From: Paraspadella gotoi
Taxonomy: Eukaryota; Animalia; Chaetognatha
Direction: 5' to 3'
Length of the DNA stretch: 64,000 bases
Assembly: GCA_051294375.1 (NCBI GenBank)
Contig: CM119266.1
Location: 21,643,875-21,707,874 of the forward strand
The position numbers and the translations under genes were made by a program. Under the pieces are notes generated by a model. The model saw only the letters and a program-made list of their open reading frames with translations. It was not told where the DNA came from and searched no databases. Below are positions 13,550 through 26,300 of this stretch, piece by piece (the first letter of the stretch is position 1; each line of letters opens with the position of its first letter).

Positions 13550-14669
13550 TACGTCCCTCTTAAAAACTTACTATCTGTATCGTTACTTATCTTTGCTTAT
13601 CTTTGCTTAATCTTTGCTTATCACTTACTTTAAATCTATCCACTCATCGGATCTCCTTCCCGCAAACATCGATCACGTTGAACGGACAATTTCCTTTCAA
13701 CTCCTAGTGTCGAAGTCTCTCTCTCTCTCTCTCCCGTAGAGTCGACCAGCTTCTATCTTTAGGAACAAAAGTGCTTCGGTGTAGAAAGCTAATTCCGTCG
13801 ATGGTAATGTGAATAGCGGCTCTGCCCCGGAAAACGGAGAGAGAGAAAGAGAGAGAGCGGTTGCTCGTGACATCACGCAAATAGTTTTCTTTTTTTTTCT
13901 TTTTAATTAATTCGTTTAAGAGGTTGTGAGAGTGAGAGATGTATATATATTCTAATTCAATTTTTTCTTTATCAAAATATTTAATTCACTTTTACATTTT
14001 CAACAACAACATCTTTCTAGTTTCCTAACCCCTGCTTCTTCCCTTTCCTCCTTTTTTTTTCGAATGAGAAAAACCCACGTTCGCGAACTCTGTTTTCCTT
14101 CCTCTCTTTATCTTTTCTCCATTCCTCCTCATCTTCCGATTTTACGCTTCGCCTTTTGTTTCTCTTTTTTTTTTCTCGCCGGCCACGCCTCCCCTGTTTT
14201 TCCTCTGGCGGATTAAAGTAAACACAAACGCGGCTTTAGCGTCCTTTATACTTTAGTCCTTCGCAGATAAAAACCGGAGAGACTACGAGACAGGGGAAGT
14301 CAATTAGAAAAGCCGACGACGACGAAAACGACGACGAAGACGACGGCGATATTGCGACGTAAAGCTACCAGAACCCGACAGAGAGAACTATCTTCTTCCC
14401 ATTTATAACTTGAATATAAACAAACAAAGCAAACAAACTTCGACGACGATAGCGACGATTCAAAGACGACACGACAAGAATCGGGAATTGCGCAAGCGTA
14501 CGTACAGGTGGCGACGTTCATTATATCAGCAGCCGCGACACTCCTTTATCACTTTAAATGCTTTCTCTTATTGAGCCTCGACTAGTCTATCAATCTACAA
14601 CCCGAACTTACTCGATTCCTCACCCCTGCATTTCCTCACCCTCTCCCCCGCCCTTTTTCCCCGCGTGGC

Positions 14670-14895
14670 NNNNNNNNNNNNNNNNNNNNNNNNNNNNNNN
14701 NNNNNNNNNNNNNNNNNNNNNNNNNNNNNNNNNNNNNNNNNNNNNNNNNNNNNNNNNNNNNNNNNNNNNNNNNNNNNNNNNNNNNNNNNNNNNNNNNNNN
14801 NNNNNNNNNNNNNNNNNNNNNNNNNNNNNNNNNNNNNNNNNNNNNNNNNNNNNNNNNNNNNNNNNNNNNNNNNNNNNNNNNNNNNNNNNNNNNNN
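14670..14895. other. Assembly gap (N run)
   Basis: Uninterrupted Ns. The gap probably hides 5' coding exon(s) of the Ig-domain gene. Confidence 0.99.
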
Positions 14896-14924
14896 GGGGT
14901 TGGTTTTTTTAACGAGAATCTAAG

Positions 14925-17900
14925 ATGGCGCCGACAGATTGTAACGGCCAACAGATTGGAAATTGTGGTTGGCAATGAGGTCCATTTACTTGGCCTTTAG
15001 TGGGCGAGGATTGGCGGGACAGAAAGAGAAAAGAGATGGAGAGAGAATGGAGGGAAGGGGAGAGAGATAGAGAAAGAGAGATATATAGTCTACTGTGTGT
15101 GAAACTTAATTCTAAAAATTATATCGAGCTCGTGAAAACTCTTTAAATTATTCGTAATTTAATTCTCAGGTGTTGACTATGGACGGAGAGCGGCTAGACG
15201 GTCGGGCGCCTTTGGCCTTGAGAACGAAATACGGTTTCTCATTGGCCAGACATCCGAGCAATCTTATTGGACGAGACGACGGAGACATCACCTTCAGCCT
15301 CATCATCAAGGTGATGATGGAAAAATTTTAATCGGTCCCGGTTCGTCAGAAGGCAGCAAGACGTATATATGCCCTCCCAGTCTTCCCCTCTTTAATCATT
15401 GTTCATACATACCGAAGCCTCGGCTAGTGCTAAAGTTCTGTTTTAGGTACTTATTACTAGCGACGATAGGAAGGCAGGTCGCACAGGCTATACCATAATT
15501 AATAAATTCACAAGTATTTATTGGGCTTCTATTTCATTTTGTTTTACCCAAAGGATTTGCGAGTAGAGGACGCTGCCGTTTATCGCTGCGGAAACATAAG
15601 AGCAATCGACGTGACGGTCGTTCAAACTCGGGCGACTCGCTGTAAAGTTATGGAGGGTCAACTCGTTGAGGGTAAATTATTTGTAAAAATCATAATTTTT
15701 GTCCTGGAATAAATACATATTATTATTATTAATATTTCTGCATTCGAAGCCATACAGTCTTCTACGCAACCCTCGATAAACATTCATTTAGGCAAAGGCG
15801 GCCTCCTTTACTGCCACGCCTTCGCCTCGGACGCTAGTCACGTTGCCATCCAGTGGCTCATCCAGGGACAACTCATGGAGGGGAAGATGGAGAGGAATTT
15901 GGACGAGGGAAAGGTCACCGGTGAGTGAATTAAAGGAAGGTAAGGAGAAGGGAAAACAAAGAGAAAGAAAAATAGAAAGAAAGAAAGATGGAAAGAAATA
16001 AAGAAATAAGAAAGAAAGAAAACCGTCTGGTAAACAATGTCGGAAGATTTTAAAAAAAAGGAAATAAAGCGAAGGAAATTAAAACCAGAGGAAAAACAAA
16101 CTATCTCTGAAGTTTGACAACAACTTTTCCCGCGCGTTCACGCGTTGAACTTCAAAAGTTTACAAAAGGTCAGGGAAAGAGGTTAGAAAAACAACTCCGA
16201 CCAATTTCATTGGAATGGATTCCGATATTTCTTCTTTTTTTTTTTAAACCAATTCTTGTGCCATCCTATTTTTTCCTTAAAAAAAAACAAACAAACAAAA
16301 AAACTGCAACTTCCTCTCAATTCAGCATCTGAGCATCACGAGTTAATGTTAATCTTAATTTTAGGTTACATCCCATTACCGAGATTCTTTTCCTCTTTGT
16401 CTTCAATACTTAGGAACGTTGGTCTTCGTACCCGGATGTACGATAAACGGGCGAAGTGCGCAATGCCGCGTCGTGGCGGCGAACCCCGCCCACTGGAATC
16501 AATCGATCCACTTCCGATCTGCGACATTCCGACGCTCAACGTGGTCTACGGGCCAAAGGTGCGCGAGGGGTGTCGGAAGAAAGGGAAACGATCGACGCAA
16601 CAATTTATTATTTAATATTATCAATTAGTTTTTGTCTCTAATCTCTTTATATTTTTATCGTTCTGATTACTATTTTTATTTAGATTATTTTTTTTTTTTT
16701 TTTCGCTTCAGATTATTTGCCCGAGCAAAGAAATCGTGGACGAGCAAGAGTCTGTCTACGAAGTCTCCTGCCGAATTCTCGGAAATCCTCCGATCCTTCC
16801 TCACCAAGTGAGTCATCGAACGGTTAAGTTTCTCGCTCTCTCCTGCGATTTCTCAGAAATTCCTCCCCGCCTCGCTTTCCCCAACTCCCTCCTCAGGTGA
16901 GCCTCTCCACCATCCCCGAAGACGATCTCCTCTCGACGACGTTGAAGCTCAAGTTCAAGAAGAGTCCGCCGACTTCGAAGCGCGACGTGGAAGGCCTCGC
17001 CGCCGCCATCGTTATTCCCAAACACGTCCTCACGCCGTCCTCGAGCAGGTCGATTCACGATGCGGATTTTATTTAGTAATTATTGTTTCGTCGGTCAGTG
17101 CGAGACGTTTCAAAAAAAAATTACATTATATTTAGTACAGAAATGAGAACGAATAAATAAATGTAGTTTTTAAAGAAAAATCATAATCTATATTATAATA
17201 AAAATTCAAATGAGATTATAAAATTGTTAATTAAAGACCTTCAGTCCTTCATATCCTTAAAGCCTAAATTTAGTTTTAATCTCTTTAATTTTTCTCTCTC
17301 TTTCGTTTTTTTTTAATTTAAATTTTAAACATTTAATTCCCTATTTAATCTTTTTATCCTCAGTTTGGTGGTGGCATTGATTGCCGAGCATCGCGAAGAT
17401 AGGCGCGACGACGCCACCCTGTCCAAGACTCTGGAGAACCGCGTCGCGCGCAAACAGATCCACGTGGAACTCAAGTACGCCCCGCGCGTGCAATGTCCGC
17501 CCAACGTGCTGCTGCTGCCGACAGACGGCGGCAGCGATGGATCAAAGCAGAGCGGTACATTCGGAAGATTCAATATCACGTGCACAGTTGGTGAGTTGGG
17601 TGAGAGAAAGAGAGAGCTTTGCGGAAAATGAAAATTTGTGAAAAATTGTGGTCAAAGCAAACGAAACGATTTTAAGACTAACTCCTTGACCCTTCCACTT
17701 TTTTCAAACCCACAACACTCAACAGCCTCCAATCCCGGTGTGCCCATGCGCAACATGACGTGGCACTTCGGCTCCTCATCCTCTCCCTCCTCTTCCCCCT
17801 CTCACGTCTTCTTCGTCTCGCCGATGGACCGTCACCAGTACGTGACGTCTTGGCGCGACGTCGTTTCCGTGACGCTGACGGTGACGCCGGCGATGATCGC

Positions 17901-20900
17901 GCGCGGCGCCGAATTCGACGACCACCAGGTGGCGATGGAGAAGCAGTCGAAGCCTGGCGGCGGAAAGAAGGCGAAGGAGAACGAAGGAAGAAGACTGCAG
18001 AAGCAGGTGCGTCAGGACTCGTTTCTTAATGATTATTAATCTAATAATTAATTTATATTTTTACTTCAGATCTCCGTGATTGCCTTTAAAGTTAACAGTT
18101 GGAACGGAACGGTGATTCGCAACATTACGCTCATTACCCGGGAAATGTTGGTCAAACAGAGTGGGGTCAGTTCTTGAGAGACTGTTACTTTCTTACTTCG
18201 AAAATGTAAAATAATTTTAATATGGTTCAATATTTGTTGTTGTAATATTATAATTATTGTACGTTTTCTATTCTCGAACGGTTCCGGTTCCCGGTTCCGG
18301 TTCCGGTTCCGTTCTTGAGTTAATTTTAAAATTCGCTTTTTATTTTCAGAGCGAGACGCGAAGGGTCGACGCCGTCTTCAACAAATCCACCGTCGTCGGC
18401 CTCATGCTGCTCTGCGGCATCGGGCTGCTCATCATCCTCGGCGCTGTCGCTCTATTCCTCTATTTTGCGGTCGTTGCCCAAATTTTAAAATATAAATATA
18501 TTTGTTAACGATTTTATTTTTAGTACAAAATAAGAAAAATACAAATGGGAGTGGTCCTTTTATACATTGAAACAATTTCATAATATATTATTGTATTCAA
18601 TTGAGCGCAACTGACACATATCTCACCACAATGATTTCTAGTTATCCCGCAGCACGCGCGAGGGCTCGTCTACATCCATCCTCCGATCGCTCAGGATCGT
18701 GCGACGCCACCTCGTGGATCGGAGGTCTGCATCCAGCTCAACGCATCCGACGCTCATCTCCAGGTTTCTACAGAGTTCTTGAGCCGCTTGACTGCTTGTT
18801 CGATCAATGATTGATTAAATTGATTGATTAATTAAGTGATTCATTGAGAAATTACTTTTATTTGTTTTTGAAATATTATTGAAGAGCAACGTATTTTTTT
18901 TAACACGTTTTGTATGAAAAAAAAGATTACGAACGTTTAGATTTAATGTTTTGATTGGTTTATTTTTTTGACTGTCTCACCAATCGTTCTAACGCCGAGC
19001 TATTCATTGCCCAGCGATCTCCGCGACCTCTTCGGCGATGTTCACCAACACGACGCGCGGAGATGTGGAAGCGTCTCGGACTCCAGCTTCCTGTCGGAGT
19101 CGACGCGCGCGCCAACGACGACTACGAGACAGTCAACGACGCCATCTCTAAGCGAACGAAGAATTCTCCGGATCGACACACAACACAACAACAACAACAG
19201 CCCGCCCATCACGGTAGACAACGAAGGGAAAGTGAAATAAATTTAAGGTTTAATATATTGTTTTCTATACGCAAAGCATGGTCTAATTACTAAGTGAATA
19301 ATACAAAAAATAGTGGTTAATACTAATCTCGTATGTGCTATATTTACTTATTTCATAATGATTGATTATTTCTCGTCTTAAGTAGCAGCGTGGCGCAGTG
19401 GAAGCGTGCTGGGCCCATAACCAGAGGTCGATGGATCGAAACCATCCGCTGCTACCTTTTTTTTTTTTTCGTTTTTCGTATTTTTTTTACTAAAAACTAA
19501 AACAAAACAAAAAGATTTTTAACAAGACAATTTCTAACAAATGAAAACTAATGTCTGCAACTTTAATATTTTTTTTGGCTCAGGTTTCGTGAGCCACATG
19601 AACGGCGCTACTTCTAATCGAAAATCTGGGAATCGACTTTCTTGTCACGTCTCTTCGATGCCGTCGCCCCGACGCGGAGGCCCTGGCGGTGTTAGCGGCG
19701 GCGGCGGAAGCGGCGCCCCCGGCGCAATCGCCAACGGGCCCAACAATCACTACGTTAAGCAGCCGCGACCGGCGTCCATGTGTCCGCCGCTGTGTCCGGC
19801 GTCGGCGGCGCCGCAATCGTTGGTCAGTCCGCCGCTGGAGGCGTCGTCTCCTTCGTCGGGTCTGCAGTCGATGGGGACGTCGCAGTCGTCGGCGTCTCTC
19901 ATCACGTGGCTCATGAATTTAGATCAAAACATCTCCGCCGCCGCCGCCACAGGTCGTCGCCGTGGCTGCTGCAGCTGCTAATGTCGTTGTTTTTTTTTTA
20001 TGTTGTTGTTGCAGTTTTTGATGTCGTAGTTGTTATTTCGTTAATTTTTGTTACATTGAGACAGACAATAATAATAAATTCTATGAACCGAGGTTTCTTT
20101 TCACGTGCAGATGGAACCATTGGGCCTCGAGAAACTTGGTTGCTAGGATTTTCCAAAATGGCGGCCGCCATGGCAACCAAAGATGCGAACGGCGACGGTT
20201 TTATTTTGGTCGAAGACGCCAACGCAGTGATCGATTCTTACGACCTGGTAATCTTTCTTTACTTTACGCGTTTCATATCTACTTCAACTTAAAAATTACT
20301 GTGTTAATTCATAATTAAAGATAATGATTGAAAGAGGATTTGGACGGTATGGGATAATTTCGATTACGTTCATAAAGTCAACCGTATTTTGACTAACTTT
20401 GTTTTAAAATTTAAAAAAAATTAAAGATTAGTTTAGAGGCTGGAGCGACAGGTCCCCTTGCTGGAGGGAGATCGAGAAGGAAATTTTTAAAGTTTTACTT
20501 TAAAACGGATTTGATTTTTCGAGCAAAAATCGAGGCGTGATTCATCTTCGGATCCGAATTTCTCTCTCACAGTTTCACTCTAATTAAACGAAAACAACAA
20601 AAAAAAAAAAGGCTGAAAAATCCTGACGCTGCAAATTTTCAACGACGCATTTTTTTTTTTTAACTCGACAAAACAAATTACGAACAGAATTAAGCAATTT
20701 CTTCCAGTCTGTCCGAAAAATGATGTGTTTGCCGTCACTCCTTACCCAACACATCAGAATCACATGTGGTCATACCCCCTCATTCTTTTTGCTTCAAATC
20801 TTATCCGATCTTTCTAATTCTACTAACTTCTCCCCAATGAGCAGCGTGGCGCAGTGGGAGCGTGCTGGGCCCATAACCCAGAGGTCGATGGATCGAAACC

Positions 20901-21205
20901 ATCCGCTGCTATTTTCCTTTTTTCGCGTTTTTTGCTTCGTCGACTATTAGGGAAAAGTGGATAACCACTGTGCTAGTCAAATCATTGATTTTTAAATGGA
21001 TATTTACAAAAGCTCTTTCATAAAATCTGGTATATAATAAAGCAAATTGAGTTTAATTTTCTATCCCTACTCCCGACTTCAGGTCTACAAACTGGGTCTG
21101 AACTGCGAGACGATTGACGCTGGGTTGAAGTCTTGTTCCAACGGAAAAGTCGTCGACTACGACACTTTGCTTCGTATCTTCTTGAGGGAGAGGGATTTCA
21201 TTTGA
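14925..21205 (+). CDS. Ig-superfamily type I membrane protein (about 4 Ig-like domains, TM, long cytoplasmic tail ending in an EF-hand module); 5'-partial
   Basis: Phase-consistent exons: WRRQIV..; ..FSLIIK|DLRVEDAAVYRC (V-set DxxxYxC); LYCHA..IQWLI; LNVVYGPK|IICP..VSCRILGNPP; VELKYAPRVQC..FNITCTV|ASNP..MTW; TM VVGLMLLCGIGLLIILGAVALFLYFA (about 18385-18468). Cytoplasmic exons follow (18653-18763, about 19015-19213, 19584-19952, 20111-20247, 21083-21205). Confidence 0.75.
19384..19454 (+). tRNA. Initiator tRNA-Met (CAT), 1-nt deletion in the anticodon stem (possible pseudogene or homopolymer error); intronic
   Basis: AGCAGCG acceptor stem with A1:U72, GATCGAAA T-loop and a downstream T-run terminator. 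It reads CCCATAACCAG instead of CCCATAACCCAG (71 nt). Confidence 0.9.
20840..20911 (+). tRNA. Initiator tRNA-Met (CAT), intact; intronic
   Basis: 72-nt cloverleaf with A1:U72, three G-C pairs in the anticodon stem (GGG/CCC), a GATCGAAA T-loop and TTTT immediately downstream. Confidence 0.96.
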
Positions 21206-23328
21206 TTCACCTCAGTCGGGGATCACGCCACGCGGACTCACGTCTACACAGGCGATTAAGAAATATTGACGCTGTGGACTCAAACTTCCCCGAGTTGGAC
21301 GCGAATCACGTTTTCACTGAAAATTCGACGATTTAAGTGTTAAATGTCATTCATAGGAAATCTACTAAACTTTTTTTTTTCTTTTTTTTTTTTGAGATTT
21401 GTAGAGACTTTGTAGAGACTTTTTCCTGTGGTTGTTCACCCCGTTTGTGAACTGGTTTTTTTTTAACTATTGACCCCTTTGGCAAAAAAAAATTAAAAAA
21501 AGTGCTAAATTACATTTTGTTTTAGCCCAGTGACCTTGAGAAGTATCTCCCTTTTGCTGTAAGCTCCTGCGGCTTTTTTTTTTATACATATCCTTTCATT
21601 CGTGTGACTATTTGCTACTTTTTTCGATTCCTTATCTGTAATTCGTGTTTTTTTAAAACTCTTGCCGAACCAAATTACGTTAAGAAATTAAGTTAAGATT
21701 GAATTGATAAAAAATAATTTTCTTTATGTCAAGACTGAACCTCGACTTACAAAGACGACTTTATTCGCAATTCGCTTCGATCATTGTACTATTTACTGTT
21801 GTAAGTGTTGACTGATTAAATTTTAAAAACTTACCCGCCTTGAAAAAATGTTTGCATTTCTATTTCCAACACGTGATGAGTGAGGGGATGAAATGGAATC
21901 GAATTACTAAAGATAAGTGTTATGACGTCAAACCGGAATTGAAAAGATGAATTGGGCGTAAACTCTGAAGACCGTTCGAGGATTGCAGTAGGCCGTGAAA
22001 TTTACCGGCTTGTTTTTTTTTGTTTTCACTAAGATCTTTAAACTTTTCTCAGACTGTAAAAAGAAGGATGTAGGATACGATCCATCATTCGAATTCGGTT
22101 TTGACAGTGGACGAACTACTGGTAATCGACTTAAAAGTTCATATGGTTTATTAGTTCTTTAACTTTAAATATACATTTGTTTAGTTATTTTAAATTAGAT
22201 TAGTGATTACAAAAAAGTTGTAGTTAAATTGAAATTTGATTTTATATAAGGGATTTGCGGATGATTAGATAAAATTTATAAGGAAAAATGCATACCATCA
22301 GGCAAGTGCAGGGCTCTTTTGCTTATATCTATTATCCAAAACAAAAGGACAAGAATGTTCATTGTTCTTACACAAGAACCTATAAATTATATAATTCTTT
22401 AAAAATTTTCATAGGCATTTAAAAATCTACCAAATTGCGTTCATGGCCGAGGGTATTTTAATTCAAAATGTATTTTAATTTCGAATTCGATGATTTTGAT
22501 TTTTGGTCAAAATCCGAGTCTTGCAAAATACTCAGATGTCGGTTTCTTTTCACCTTTTCGAGTTTGACGGCGACAACAATAACAACGACAACAATAACAA
22601 CGACAACAACGACTTTAATTCCCGAGAAAATAAATGTTCATCGCGATCGATTTCTAAGTTTCTATTTTTACATTTTTGACGTCATTTCAGTTAGATTCTA
22701 ATGTAAAAATCGAAAAGATTTCGTTGAGGATGATGAGGAGGAGCAGAGAAAGGAGGCGCGATGTTTTGGCGAAGTCCCGACTCGAATCTTTAGATTGAAT
22801 TAGAAGAAAATTAAGAGGGCCAAATTTCGGCCTTAAAAAGGGAGAGAGCCTCCGACCAGCGGGTAGAGACCAGAGGAGCTCAGCCGGCGAAACGAGGTCA
22901 GATCATCCGTGAAACTCTTCTCGCCCTTTCGCTAGTTTTTTTTTTTCCACGGAAAAAAACAAAAGAAAAATAAAACCGAAGCCGGAGATGCGAAAAGCAA
23001 AGAGGCTATAAAAAAAAATACTTTGACAAAATCGGCCAAACGAAATCTGAACGAAAACAAAATCTAATCGAATTTCCGATGGTGTCACTTCCATTGTACT
23101 TGGAGTTGGACGAATTTGTCATTTTTCGGCAAATATAAAATTGTTTGTAATGTTTTTGTACCTAAAATGAAAAAAGAAAAACTTATCAACCAATTACGAT
23201 TCCATTTTTTTTTCAACGTTGGTTTTTAAAATTGTATAATTCTTGCATGAGATTAACGATAAATAATTTATTTCCGGCAGCGACAACAGAATCTTAAAAT
23301 TACTTCACCTCTCTCTATCGCTGGGACG

Positions 23329-26300
23329 ATGGCCAACGCTTTGGTCACTTTCGTCCTCCTCGCGGGGACGACGCTGTCGACGCAGGGTCTGCCGACCGTC
23401 CTCGACGACGTGGTCAACGTCGGTCGACCCGGCTATCTCTTCAGCATGCCGCGCGAGTTGACGATCAACTCGACAGAGACCTTTTGCCTCACCCTTCGCA
23501 ACACCCCGTCCACGGGACTCAATTTCTCTTTCTTTCTGCAGAAGGGTTTAGCCAACACCTCCGAGCCTCTGCTCCAAATTCACCGCCGATACACGCACGT
23601 CGGCCGACGATGCGTGTCTTTCGAGGTGCCAACGATTCGGGGCCGCCGCGTGATAGTGCGCGTGCGCGGAACCGCCGTCGACGGCTCCGGTTACGCCTTC
23701 GAAGAGACGCGACGAGTCGAATTGAAGCGCGACTTCTCCGTCACTTTTGTGGAGACGGACAAGCCCGTCTACAAAGCGGGAGACACCGTCCGATTTCGTA
23801 TGATGACCGTGGATGACTCGCTACGTCCGGTAAGCTTAGCTTATTTTTCTTTTATTTTGTGGCAGCGAGTTCGTTTTTTAAATACATTTTTTTTGGTTGG
23901 CTTTGAAAATAATTTTGTCGTTTCGATTGTTAGGTGCGCGGCCCCATCGGCCAAGTCTGGATCGAAACTCCCTCGGGCGTCCGCATGGAGCAGTGGACGG
24001 GCCTTGTCCGGGAACACAGCTTTGTTTCTGTTGAGGCAAAGCTATCGCAAGAACCTGTCCTTGGGAGATGGAAGATCAAAGCCAGAGTTGACGGCAACTT
24101 GGTATGGGAGGTTGAACAATCAACAATGACCAACCAATAATAAAGCATTTAGTTGCAAGCTCAATCACCAGTAAACGAACTTTGTTTTAAACTATAATCA
24201 GTCATTAAAATAATTCTTATTACCGGTATTCGTAACAATCATCACAATTAATGGCTCTATTTTCCCGTTTCGCAGATCGAAAAAACCTTCAAGGTGGCGG
24301 AGTATGTTCCGCCAAAGTTCGAGGTTTCGATCGAAGGTCCTGGTTACCTCCTTCTAATCGACGAATCCATCAGCGGTCGAGTTTGCGCGCAATACACTTA
24401 CGGACAACCCGTGCCTGGAAAGGTCTTCATAAAGGCTTACATGAGAAGATACAAGAGAGCACCCAACTTGCATCCCAAAGAGGTGAATAAGATGTAGGGG
24501 TAAATATGTGGGGGTCGGATAGGGTATAAAATTCAAAAGCTATGTCATATTCAGTTTTTCAAAGTCTTTTCACTTTAATCAGATGAATGGAACCCTTGGC
24601 CCCGATGGTTGTTTCCAATATGGGTTTTCGTCTAGCGAATTGAAGAGCATTCGCAGCTGGTACGATTACATATAAATTGTTATTCTAATTTGTTATGTAC
24701 GTTTAGCAACGAGACCGGGCGAGATCCTAACAAAATCATTTTGACGCCAAGGTACGGATTCGAGGGATTCCTCTTCGCGGAAGTCGAGGAACGCGGAACT
24801 GGAATTAAAATTAACTCCACCTTCGGTCCGACACCTCTTGTTCAAGTACCCTATGAAATCAAGATCAAGGATTTGAGGTCCGGGTACAAGCCTTACATTA
24901 CTGATCAGAAAATAAGGATAGGAGTCAAAAGCGGTAAGTAAAAACTGATGATCAAAATTAAAGAATATATGTAAACAAATGAACTATATATTTTTATTTT
25001 TGTGGGGCCGCAGTTGACGGTAAACCGGCGGTGGGCGAGAGCATCCAGGTCAACTTCACGCTTCCATACTCGGAGCGCGTCTACAACAGGAACGGCACCT
25101 TGAACGACCCCGTCCTTCATTCCTCCGTCCATTCGACGGACGATTTCGGCCGTATCGAGATTCCTCTTCCTCGCAAAGTCTCCAGCCGAAGCAGGGTCTT
25201 GCTCGAGACGAAGGCGTTGACCGTTCGTGGCCAGCCCTTTCCCCTGCCCGATTACGGCGTTGGCAGCGTGCCGTACCGACGCTACTTCTGTCGGCCGCCG
25301 ACCAGCAACAGAGAGTTCAAATCTTGGTTCTCTCCCTCCGACAGTTTTTTAAAGATTGAGGAGACGGACGAAGAGCTGCCCTGCGGACAAGAGCGCAACG
25401 TCACGGTCCGATTCACCGACGGCGCCGCGGTGACCAGGAAAACCCTGTATTACACGGTGATTTCAAAGGGCAAGATCCTCGCGGAGAGATCCGTCGTTGT
25501 CGACCGCGATTCCGCAGTCAAGGATTCCGCCGACGATCTCAACGTCACCTGTTGGAAGACGAGTTTCGCCCTCGACGTGGCGACCATCTTCGCCCCGCGG
25601 TTCAAGCTGCTCGTCCATTACGTCCGCGACAACGGCGAGGTGGTCGCCGACGAGGCCAAGCTCACCACTCAGGCTTGCATGGAGCACTCGGTCACGGTCG
25701 GCTTCGACGCGGCGAGGAAGTTGCCAGGGGAGGCGACGAGGATCGAGTTGAGGGCGCGGCCCGATTCTCTCTGCGGATTCTCCATCGTCGATAAAAGCGT
25801 CGACCTCATGGGCGACGACTACAAGTTGAAAAAGGCCGACGTTTTCCGCTGGCTGGAGAGAAAAGAGATCCCCGAAAATCCTCACGGTTTTAGTCAGCAA
25901 GAAAGGGAATATTGCGAGAATCAATTCGCCCAACAAGAAGCGGCCACGCCAGAGCCTTCGACAACGCCGCCGTCGATAACCCCATTCCCCATCCGCAGGT
26001 TTCCCTCTCGTCGTTATTACCACTACTCCTCCGAATACTCGGACTCGATCACCGCCTTTCGCGGCGTCGGTCTCCTCACTCTCACGGACATGAGGCTGGA
26101 AACGCGGCCGTGCAAGCGGTCCGAGGACTATCCTATGTACTTCATGCGAGGTGGCGAGGTGGACATGGTCGCCTTTGATGCGGTTGGAGGTAGAGGCCCG
26201 ATGCCTGAGATGATGATGAGAAAGAAGAGTGGATCGAATAATCGGAGGGGACCGACGCCAGGATCGAGGACAACGACGACGTCGGCGGCCAGAGGAGGTG

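Noticed and set aside
13238-13633. SLSLSL ORFs
   Set aside because: Translation artefacts of (CT)n microsatellites.
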